Positions 1-10,505 of a stretch of 64,000 nucleotides of DNA are shown here, in pieces. Both the position numbers and the translations under genes were made by a program. Within the stretch, counting starts at the first letter, position 1. The number at the start of each line of letters is the position of its first letter. The notes under the pieces are model-generated. The model was not told the origin of the DNA, ran no database searches, and worked only from the letters and a program-made list of their open reading frames with translations. Source of the DNA: Fimbriosthenelais zetlandica (Eukaryota); NCBI GenBank assembly GCA_977030845.1, contig OZ365115.1, positions 19,840,001 to 19,904,000 of the forward strand, written 5' to 3'.

Positions 1-76
1 GATTAGAAAACTCTACATCTTATTTTGAGCATGTTCAAGCAGATTGTAGTGAGATCGTAGCTCAGTAGGTTCAGGC
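1..76. mobile_element. MITE family C, right end only (copy C1, cut by window edge)
   Basis: Ends GATCGTAGCTCAGTAGGTTCAGGC followed by TA. Its reverse complement matches 22838-22914 over ~75 bp, and it matches the right TIR of 50006-50261. Confidence 0.8.
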
Positions 77-2390
77 TAAGTTATAAGGCACCCCAAGAAC
101 TTCTCACTCGTTTCATCAACTCAGATTTGGCATGACAATAAAACAGCGACAACCTTGATGAACTAAAGTGACGATCGACTGTTCTCTGCATCCAACTTGA
201 ATACTTCTGTATTTCATGGCAAATACTATAACCTTTGCTCATTGCTTGCCGAACCTCGACCAGGCTTGACACCCTCTCAGGATGCACACAACTTTCATAT
301 CTAACTTTTTCTAGTCATCCAGTTCTCAATTCTTCACCCATTTTCCTCTCTCACCTTTCCTTCTAACACCTTGAAATCATCACCCACGTCTCTAAGTTCA
401 TGATGACACATAAATCTACAAACGCCAAGTACCAACAACCTCCTCTGGAGAGAGGGTGCTGCATGCGGCTGACACGCTGTCCTATTCTGGATTAAATAAA
501 CCCAGTAGCAGGCGTTTAAAAACAGGTTATTTATAGATAACAGTAAGGCACGTATTGATATTGCTGTTATTTTGGTAATGTCCCAACCTGCATACCGAAG
601 ATACCATCATCCTATATCAAAGCCTTTCCTGACCTATTGCCAGGTCATAGATAAGTAACCCAAAGTCCTGGAAATGTACTTGCCTGGAAAGCAATTGATT
701 TCATGGCAACCAATTCTTACCTCATGGCTTACCGCAGATTCAAGGGGAATATAATATAAGGTGGCTTTCCAAGCTTTATTTCCTTTCATCGCGGGTTCTC
801 TAGGCCTTGATTTGCTAGCCCTATACTTAAACTTTCATTTAGATATTAAAACTCATTTTCTTTTACTTTCTTTTTCTCGTCTTTAATTACTTTAGGATGG
901 AATAGGAAATTTCATTTTGATGGACATATTCAGAATACTTTTACAAAATATAGTAATGAACAAACTCAAGGTGAATGCGGATTTGAACTGTGTTTAGCAC
1001 CTACAGTTTTACTGGAATGATTGATTTACAACTAACAAAAATACCATAGGTTACTACAACATTTCCCTGGCATACTCCCCCGCATGCTCTCAATCATTTC
1101 CAGGAAATGTAAATACAAAACAACCCACACTTAGGCAAGAATGCATAAACAGTTCCTGGTCTATGAATAGATCTTTGGAAGCAGGCTGACCTAGGGGCAC
1201 TGAAAACCCTGGAGTGACCTGAAATAGTCACAGTCGGCTATTTTTAGTTCCTATTTGTATCATCGACTCTAAGCAATATCATCGGGCTTATATCTCTGCT
1301 ATTTACAGACGGGTTCACCTGCTCTATCGTAAACACCCAGGTGCATACGGAAAGAATGAAGGTGGAGGTGGGCATGAGGGGGGTTCATATCCCCCTTCTT
1401 GATATCCAAGTTGTCTGTTCAGCCAAGTGTATAAGACATTGAAGAAGATGATCGCTGCATGGCGAGCCTTCGCCAAAACCTTCGTCATAAAACTCAACGA
1501 CAGCGAGAATTATTATTATTATTTTACCACATTTATATAGCTTATGAACTTATACTTACATAGAGTCCGCTCAAAAGTGTTTTACATTAATAACACACAT
1601 AATCAACTTTACATTAATAACATAAAATGAGAATGGTCATTACTACAATCATATCTTTGCAACCGCTCGACATTTTTGAAAAAAAAATCAAAATCAAAAA
1701 GCATTTTCTACAAGATCTTATTTCTCTGTCATAGTAGAATTTGGAAGGAATACAAGAAATTTAAAATTTCAACGACACCGAGAATGCCATGTGTATATAA
1801 TACTAATCATTGGCCAAATCATTATAATATTTATTCCAGCTCCGCATCATTTCTGCCCCCGCTTATGAATGTAAGAACTTCCCCTATAGGAGCACACATG
1901 CCCACCCACGCCCTAGCACCCATCATGACAGATTGTAGTGTTTGTACCCATCATGCACGTGTAACCATGCACGTGCGCCCATACTAGTTGGTTATCTAAG
2001 GTAGAGTGCCTGAATAGCATCCATGTGTGTTCAAGGTATTATTGTTTTGAAAAGAGAGAGCAAATGCGCAAAAGAGACTTTTAAAACGCCTGACTCAAAT
2101 TGGTAAGTGTAAATTCTAGTTTTTTTGTGTGGGGAAGCTTGCCAAACACTCACCTGTTTTTACAATCGTGCCATAGCTCTTGACAAAGGGCTATTTTGGG
2201 CAATTCATCTCATTTAAGTGTTTTTCTGTTCCTGTATGAGTGTTTCTTTGAGAGTTCTCAATACCACCACCTTTAATAGGTGTCAAAATAATTGTTCAAA
2301 CGACTATTTTGGGCATTTTGCCTATTTTCCAGTTGTTGTTCCACTTTGTCCCAAGTTGAAGAACAAAACATTTTAAAATTGTGCACTTAC

Positions 2391-2427
2391 CAACCAGTGG
2401 TTCATCCTCATCCACCAATATACTCAT
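2391..2427 (-). CDS. Candidate first coding exon of an unidentified minus-strand gene (exon 2436-2391), MSILVDEDEPLV, phase-1 end
   Basis: Minus strand reads TTCTTGTTTTTATTTGTTTTTCAG|ATCTCCGCC-ATG AGT ATA TTG GTG GAT GAG GAT GAA CCA CTG GTT G|GTAAGT: strong acceptor, Kozak-like GCCATG and consensus donor. No downstream exon identified. Confidence 0.55.
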
Positions 2428-5400
2428 GGCGGAGATCTGAAAAACAAATAAAAACAAGAAATCAGTTTAAGTTGCCTAAATTTTAATCCTCTTCAAAAGC
2501 GTGAAATCCAACTTAAATAATTTACTTTTTTCCATGCTGCTTAATTAAGTCTTCCGAAAATACATAGTCTTCTTGTTATCAATACTTGAAAACAATTATT
2601 TTTACTAAAACTTTCTTGTTTTAAAAAAACTTAAGGGTCTATATTTCTGTTGCCCTTCCCACACAGTGGTGAATAGTCACTTGGATAATTTGAAGTGAAA
2701 GTTGGGTAAAAGATCTTTCTAAAATACTAGTAGAAGAGAACTTTTTAATCAGTTTACCAGCTGGAGATCTAGAGGCCAGGTTTAAACCAATGGCCAAGTT
2801 CTTGTTTATGACTGAAAACTTTCCTCACTTGAGAGATTTTTTTTCAGTCACTTTTAGTTGGGTTATAGATGAGGTGCTCGCAATGGCTTAGCGTGAGACT
2901 CGCTTTAGGCCATCAGAGCTCAACATCCTGAGGCCGAGCCAAAAACCTGACGCTTTTGGGTCACAAGAGAATGAGAGGAAGTTTCAAGAGTGTATCAATA
3001 TGGGTTATACACATGTGGAATTGGTCCACAATTTTGGGCTCTGTATCAAATACTTTTAGCGTTTCGAAAAACTTAAAGGAACAGGTCAACGAAAAAAGAC
3101 TTTGAAGCCGTTGAAGTTGCACTAACCAAGAGACAACACTAAGGTGATCAATGTCCACTTCTGTATATATTTGTTCTCAAATTGCCATCTTTTCAGTGCA
3201 AGGAGAACTTAACTCAGTTGGTATTTACCTAGCCTAGTTATGACCCCTATCTGCTCACTGCATACGGGTTGCTTGGTTACAGGTTTCGGTCTCCCTATTT
3301 CATCTGGTTACATGACCACAACACTGCACATATTTCCCTATCATCGCCCAGACTTTCCCAGATATTTCCTCATTAGTTATGCTGCAGGATGTATGCAGCA
3401 TCTTGGGCGCAGAAAAACACAAGGGAACCACAGTCGCACATAAATAGACATAATTATACCCCGTAACATTTAAGAAAAAACCAATTCAGTCATTATTCGC
3501 CATATGTGACCTTGTGAGGATATTTTGTTTTATTTAATCTATTTATATACAGGAAGATAGGAGAAATAGCCCTATGCAAACCTTATCGGGACACAGCCTG
3601 GTCTTCCCAAGGCTTCCTGTTGCTCTTATTTACTTACTAAATTTGTGACAGACCCGAGTAATTTATTACATGATCAAAGAAAAAGTGGATAATTATTCAC
3701 ATAAAGTTAAAAGGATTGCTACATAAAGCTTAATTGATATATTCAGCATTATACTAAGCTCTTTCCATTTCCTTATATTTTAGGAAATTATTTTTTTATT
3801 ATATTATTACACATTGTCTGTACTTTAAACTCCCTGAAGCAACCCCAATGCAATTTTCAGTTTAGCATTCGGAGAGTAAATACACTTGTCGCCTCCGTAA
3901 GCATTAGATCATAGTTTATCATTGAAAAGGGGAATTTAAGTACCTACAGGGGTCATGGTTTGTGAGTTAAGACTCAATTATTCTGGTTCTCATAACCTAT
4001 CAGTGTGAAACCGCTTAAGTTCACTTCAAAACAAGCTCATAAATAATAACGGTGATGGGTATATTCATTAAAGAATGTAGCGTAACTATCGCAAATATGC
4101 AATGGGCCACGAGCTCGTAGATTCCAGAGGATGTTATACGAGTATGAGGGCAAATATTATCATAGGGATTTTTAACAGGACTTTTGATGAGTTCTGAATT
4201 TCTTTGTGTGTATTTCTATCCGGGATAATGCATCTTAATGGACCCTGCATGTAATTCTTACGACAGATAATGAGCCAAATTCAACTTTCCTTTATTCCTC
4301 TACAATCGTAGGGCAGGTGCTCAAAAAGATAATATTTTACAACCTCAAATTTTAGAGTAAAACATTTTACTCTAATTTTACCAAATTAACCCATTTTCAG
4401 TAGGTCTATCTTTTCTACATTTCGACTATGGGACTTGTATATAGTTTTAGATTGAAAACCTACTTGTGGTACAAATAACAGCCTGAGGTATATTTAGAAC
4501 TCACATGTTTATACTTACAAATACATTGCTCTTCCTAAATGCCAAAGCTGTGGTAGGATAGAGTAAATTAGTCTTCTGGTATCTGCTGCTATCAACCATT
4601 AAGTCACACTGTCTTAAGTTTAGCTAGTATAAATGACCCTAAAAGATATGAACTTTGAGATTCACAAAAGGCAACTGCTGTTCGGAGGTTCTTAATCACA
4701 GAAGCTTGCACTACTATAGCTAGAATAGTTTTCCTTGACCTTGATATTTCGTAGCTCCTGCCATGACGTCAATCCCGACTGGTCGTGGACGTATCAGGAT
4801 ATTTTTCAGAAATAGCATGGAACATCATTTCTCTCCCAAGGTATCCATAAATTAAAAGTGGTAGATAGAAAAAAACCTGCCTCTGGCGCTCAGGTAGAAA
4901 TGTGCCTTCATATGATATAGAAATACCTCCCACGCAGAAATCCAGCAATGAACTCAATTCCAGCCATTATTTCAAATCATGAAAATCAACAAATGAATTC
5001 AAAACTGCCATTAAACCGAACATGGGAATTAGGCAGCAGCCAGGCGGGATATAGGCCTACAATAATTTAGACAGTGGCAAATAGACAGTCCTAAATTGTA
5101 GACCTCCAAGGGAAATAAGCCACCCCACAAAAGTAACAATCGAGACTGGAGAATAAATGTTACAAAATCAACCGATGTACGCCGGTCCAAGTATCAATAA
5201 AGAAGATATAAACAGGTTAAACAACCTTTCTGTTTGACATGGGGGTGTTTTTGAGATAAGCTAGAGCTGGTATTTTTATTCTCACTGTGAGATAGCAGGT
5301 TGAGGTAATATAAACTAGTCTGTGCATTCCCAAACAAAAAGAAAAGGGAAAAAAAGAGACCCATCCCGGCTGGTTGATGGGCAGGGTACATGTATCGGAA

Positions 5401-5875
5401 GGTCCCGCATGTTTTCAATCCACCCACCTACTGTTTCGCCATGGTTTCAGCTACTTCAGACATTTCATGTTTTCCTCTCTTGCTGGTTGTTGCCAGTGAG
5501 CATGCAGGGATTTCCATATGGCCATTGAAGCAATAAGGTTGGATGGTTGAAGCAGGGTACAACACCTGAACAGGTGCCCCTTAGTAATGTAACCCCTGCA
5601 ATACCCTATGCCAACTTGTGCTCAATGCAGTTCATCAAAGGCTTTCCATATATATATATATATACTCAACATATGGTCTGCAATTATGCGAAGAAAGAGG
5701 CGGCTGCGAGAATATAGGTTGAGTCTTTCCGCAGCTCATTGGGAAGACCCATTCCCACTATTTTCCCGGCATGATGTTTATTACAACTTGTGTCACACTG
5801 TCCCGGTTTTGCCAGGCGATAGACATACGATTTTGCATCGTGTAAACATCGGGACATTCTTGATGGCGTCTTAAA

Positions 5876-5919
5876 GCATCGTATACCCATCGTATGGCCA
5901 TACGATGGTCACACGATGC
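5876..5919. repeat. Short palindrome / hairpin
   Basis: Perfect 22-bp palindrome CCATCGTATGGCCATACGATGG (5887-5908) inside outer arms GCATCGT/ACGATGC. Confidence 0.8.
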
Positions 5920-6180
5920 CTGATGCTGCTGATTTGAGATCCAAATAATTTAGACAATGTTCAATAACAATTTTGGATAACATAGACGGCAGGCTACTAA
6001 GTACTGGAAATATACATCATCGCCGTTATCTGCTACTTTTACTCGTATAGATCTATGCTCGGAGGAGAGAACACATTTGACAAATTGACAAGTTCATATG
6101 CCCGGAAATCTACTAAAAATGTTGAATTATGTTTCAGGAAGAAAAAAGTTTTTCTCCTTTTACCTTATTCCATAATTATA

Positions 6181-6430
6181 GCGTTCAATGGAAACACCTA
6201 GTAAGTCACATTTTGCAAAAAAAAATGAGTTAAGGTGAAAATGTTACTTAGTAGGCTCTTTCCCAGCCAGCTAAATACGCTGTTGCATTTTGGAAAAACT
6301 CCTCCATGGCTTCAGAATTGACGATTGAAATCCTGAAAGTCCATTATAAGCCATTTGGATTTGAACATTTGAACCAGTTTTTCTCAGAATTATAAAAATA
6401 TGACATATACTAGGTATTACCATTGGACGC
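6181..6430 (+). mobile_element. MITE family E, copy E1 (TA-flanked)
   Basis: TIRs GCGTTCAATGGAAACACCTAGTAAGTCACAT / ATGACATATACTAGGTATTACCATTGGACGC, with TA on both sides (6179-80, 6431-32). Second copy at 63565-63717. Confidence 0.85.
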
Positions 6431-7789
6431 TATAGAATTGTTCCAAAGGGTTTGCCAATCATATTATGCACACACTGATTGAGAACCTGGCCAGCCTAGT
6501 AGGGGATGTGGGCTAAATGAAACTTACATCTGCTCAGCCTGCTGCTGCAGTGCTCGGGTATAGCAGATCATTTTGGGGGAACATTTGGCTTGAGGATATA
6601 GGCACCAAATGGTGGCATTACGTGGACTATATACACAGCATCTGGCACGGTGTAACTCCTGAATCTAACTTTTCCATGCTGCAGTCCCGGCACTTCATCA
6701 CCCATAACCCAACTAGTCCTTGTATTCACTCCTCACTCTATGAAGAGTGATGTGATGCATCCAGGAAATTTGTATGCATATATCTCCAGAACATTCTTCA
6801 GAAATAGAAAATACCCCCGACCCCACAGTCCAAATCTAGGCCAGATTCAGGCTCGTCTGCCTGTTTCCAATTAGTGATGCATATTATAACACACACATCT
6901 AAAATTGTGTTAAATCACGAATTTTATTCGTACTGAAGAGCGCTAGCATCATATATGCTAAAAGGGAGAGAAAGCGGGAAAAACTAAAATAGTGTAAGTA
7001 TGGGAATACTCCTTTCATATGCTTCTTACATCATAGAATTGCAACGACAGTTATATGTGTGTATACCAGCAAAACGAAAGTTCATTAACAAGACTTTCGT
7101 GGATGTGGATACTTATAGGTTTCGTTCTACCCTAGCTAAAGCCTGTTGTTGGCTTCTGGTTTGGCCCCAGGCAACTTGCCAACACTTGAGAATAGTGGGT
7201 GTGTGAGAGGTACGTATATTTATGAGCAGGTCAAGTTGACAACTGTCTGATGACTAAAAGTATATATTGGTTAGGCTTTCCTTAGCATCAAATTCATGAT
7301 TAGAGATTGAGTGGGCAACATACATACTGAGTGTGTTGCAAGTTGGAGAAGTGAAGGATTTGTGGGGTGCTTTAACTGCCTATTATATGACAAACACCAT
7401 GAAACATTTTTCTTGGCCGATTCTCCACCTGCCACTCAACATTTTCTACTTACAACTTCCACTATGCCTTTGACTAATCTGGGCAACTTTCCAATGTCCT
7501 CCTCCGTCATCAAGTACATCTAGATGTATCATCCATGTTGTCCTCTTTGACTCCCTTCAGGTGTAGTCATTCACTGCGGCACCCCACCACTGCAGGTGAT
7601 TGTGGCAGCCTACGCTATTTCCTCGGCTAATGGGATATCTCTAGTGTATTTTATCACTTGCGAGTGTTGCCACTAGCCCTTGTAGCTAACAGTTGCAGCT
7701 TGTGCCACTTGCAGTTGCAGAGTATGTTTCTTTGCATCACATCAACTATAAGTTAATGAGTAAATAGATTCGAAACTATGTCAGACCAC

Positions 7790-7930
7790 CTGAAAAAACG
7801 CCGGAAAAATGATACCAAAAAGTGACGTAAGGCCGCCCCCGTTTTCGTGGGTGAAGGTCTCGCGAGTGTTGTGCTAATGTCTTGTGGTTGTTGTGAGTGA
7901 GTACGTCCTCCCACTCGCCGCAAACTAAAA
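7790..7930 (+). promoter_or_regulatory. CpG-rich promoter-like segment with possible non-coding first exon
   Basis: Local CpG enrichment; GTGACGTAA (CRE/ATF-like, 7822-30); GGCCGCCCCC (GC box, 7831-40); TCTCGCGAGT (7858-67, one mismatch to the TCTCGCGAGA promoter motif); overlapping GTGAGT donors at 7893 and 7897. Confidence 0.55.
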
Positions 7931-9633
7931 TACTTTGCGATTAAGTATTTTAGTACTTGTAAGCTTAGAGTAAAATGAATTTTGCTCTAAGTTGTAAGGG
8001 ATACCATTCAGTGGATCTCCCCTATGTCACCCATTTGCACAAGCTCACCCAGAAACTTTGCTCGTCACATTTAAGTTAGGTAGGCCTAACTGTAAGCAAG
8101 CTTTGCGTTCTTTCACCCCCACCTTGGGTGCAGGTCAAGTGATGTGCAAATACGATATGGGGGTTTTGTATTTTAATATGCACTTTCATTTCATTACAAT
8201 TTTGAGTTATGGTTTCCCCAAATGGTTTTCCATTCAAATCGAATGCAATACGTATAAGGGGAAGGGTAGAGCTATGTAGTCAGTTTTTGTATGACTACAA
8301 AAATCGCTGTCAGGAATGTCAAAAATGTTAAAACCGCACCACTTCACACTCAGATAAAAATCTAGACCTGCTTTAATATTTCCAGCGTGAACTTTGGCCA
8401 TTTTTCAAGTCTTCTGCTCCACACGGACAAGCAATCATCTCGATCACAGTGATCTTTGGAGTGAAGCTTCACGTAGTGACTGTTCAGAGCAATGGCTGGA
8501 CCTGACATATAACCTTTAGAAAAGGTTAGTCAATTGATAAAAAATAGATATATATCAGCAGACATCATGGAACGAAAAACTGGGGGCGGTATCTTGTTGT
8601 AAAGCGGGTGAGACAGGCAGCAAATCATAAGGGGTTGTTTTCTTGGCATTTCTGCATGGCTCCTATCTGAATAGTGGGTCACAGATATTTGTTATAATAA
8701 AAAATAATCATTTAGAGCTTGCTTATTACTTCCTCTCTCATTACTGTGGGCATCGCCAAGTTGATATTCGATCATCGCAGATTGCTGGCTTTGGGAAATG
8801 TAAACTTTGGGACAGCCCTCTCTTGACCCTACAGGGAAAACAAATGCTCCTGTTTCTGGAACTGATTTATTATGGATGACACCAGAAATTACCAATAAAA
8901 CTGCACATGCTTACGAAGTATCCCATCCTGCATCTTGATTATGCATGTTTTAGCCTTAAACCTTTCCGACCACCTGTGGCCCTAACCCTGCAAGCAAAAC
9001 GAGGAAGCATAACACAGCCTACCTGGGCACACCTGATGCTTCGTGTATTAGGAAACATGGTGGGTGGTGAGATGGAAAGGGCAAGTGTGGAGATTATTCA
9101 GCAAAACAACCCAATGAATTCTTCAATGCTGCCATGAATCACCTCAAACCCAATTTATCAATCATACAGATTTTGGCAAATTTTATTATGATATATCAAA
9201 CGTGCTGATCTAGTATGATGGTTGGTTGTCTGTTTGGTAGGAAAGGAGGGCCTTGTGAGTTAAGTAATCTAGAGATAAGTGTTTTATCACCTTGTGAAAA
9301 GCATCACTTGTCTCTCTTACACCAGCCTGCACCCCCTTGGGCACTGGGACATGGGGAACACCGGCTGCCAAAATAGGATGTTGTTTTCTTTGTTTCAAGC
9401 CAATATTTGCCAATGTTGTTGGTTGGAGTTCAAGCCCGGGTGCACTCCAAGGGGAGTGGTTGTTTCTTTACTGGCATTTTAATTTGATCCCACATGCTTG
9501 AGAATAATTTTTTATTGCTAGTCTACATGTCTCTCAGGATGGAGCATTGTTCTCTTAATGGGGCAGGCTATAGAAGATGGTATAGGCCATACCTTTTGGT
9601 CTAGCTCATTCGCCAACAATTTTTGAAGCGTAA

Positions 9634-9840
9634 AGCCAGGAATACACTAATCCGATTCCCTATCCGGCGCCATCCGATAGCTGTCCCAAACTATATTTCT
9701 ATTCACACCAAATGCTTGTAATTTGAAACATCCTTTATACCTAGGTAGGGCTAACCACTGACAAAATTTCTTTAGATGTCATTAGAAATTGGGTATCGGA
9801 TGGCGACGGATTGGAGAATCGGATTAGTGTATTCCCGGCT
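9634..9840 (+). mobile_element. MITE family B, copy B1
   Basis: TIRs AGCCAGGAATACACTAATCCGA / TCGGATTAGTGTATTCCCGGCT, flanked by TAA on both sides. Full-length similar copy at 49305-49516. Confidence 0.9.
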
Positions 9841-10101
9841 TAAAGCCATTCTGAATGTCCATTTCACTAATTAATTTCCAGATGACTAGGCCTACGTCTT
9901 AAATGTTCAACATAGCCTACATGGGACTTTTGGGTTAGGACATGGGTTATTTTGACTACTCTGCAACTGAGTGAAGACTTCTTTTTTTCATCATCGAAAG
10001 CATGTTCAGGGTATAGGAGACCACTTTAAGAAGACACGGTTGGAATGGGAGTGAATACCACAAAATGTTGTGGTTTGGTCATGGAGGGCTGGAGTACTTA
10101 C

Positions 10102-10160
10102 ACATAGCAAGGACATGCCATAACCACTTCCGGTGCACTGATAATTCCAGCTGCTGACAG
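10102..10160 (-). other. Candidate 59-nt internal exon, coding status unknown
   Basis: Acceptor CTGTCTTTGCATCTGTACAG and donor TGT|GTAAGTA. All three frames are open, so the frame gives no support. Confidence 0.25.
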
Positions 10161-10302
10161 CTGTACAGATGCAAAGACAGTAAATCATGTATATTTCCTT
10201 TTTTTATTATAGTTTTAGGAACTAAGTAATAACTTGAGTATTACAGGTTCCATATTTGTAATGGATCCATATATTTACAAGTAATGGCCAACATATGGTA
10301 TA

Positions 10303-10505
10303 AAAATGGATTTTCAGTTAGTTGCAGATCATGAGCGTTCCAATGATGTAGGCCCTATAGTACAAGGAGATATGGAAAAAAAAAAAAATTATAGTTTTAA
10401 TAAAATTTCAAAATATAAAAGTAGTGACAGCAGAAACTAGAGAAAATAACCATGCATTTCCGACAATTCTATGTCCAACTGGAAGAAATCTTGAATGGTC
10501 AACAT
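10303..10505 (+). mobile_element. MITE family D, internal fragment D1
   Basis: Aligns with 22016-22220 (AAAATGGATTTT.AGTTAGTTGC ... GTGACAGC.GAAA.TAGAGAAAATA ... GGAAGAAATC.TGAA.GG.CAACAT). Confidence 0.75.

Noticed and set aside
46-78. TAGCTCAGT(A/G)GGTTCAGG resembling a tRNA A box (also at 50243)
   Set aside because: It is the TIR of MITE family C, found inverted at 22838 and 50006; there is no B box or cloverleaf.
1676-1987. 103-aa ORF in the track
   Set aside because: It starts at TTG in a poly-A run, has a biased composition and shows no splice or domain support.
2154-2280. Strong minus-strand donor CAG|GTGAGT at 2153 as the next exon of the 2436-2391 gene
   Set aside because: All three frames have stops between plausible acceptors and the donor.
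4740-4825. Minus-strand LKNILIRPRP...TKYQG resembling the PAP2 K-x6-RP motif
   Set aside because: There is an in-frame stop just upstream with no acceptor after it, and no PSGH/PSSH motif follows. Likely chance.
8804-8939. DLLWMTPE resembling the kinase-homology LWTAPE motif
   Set aside because: The frame is short and stop-bounded, with no other kinase motifs and no donor.
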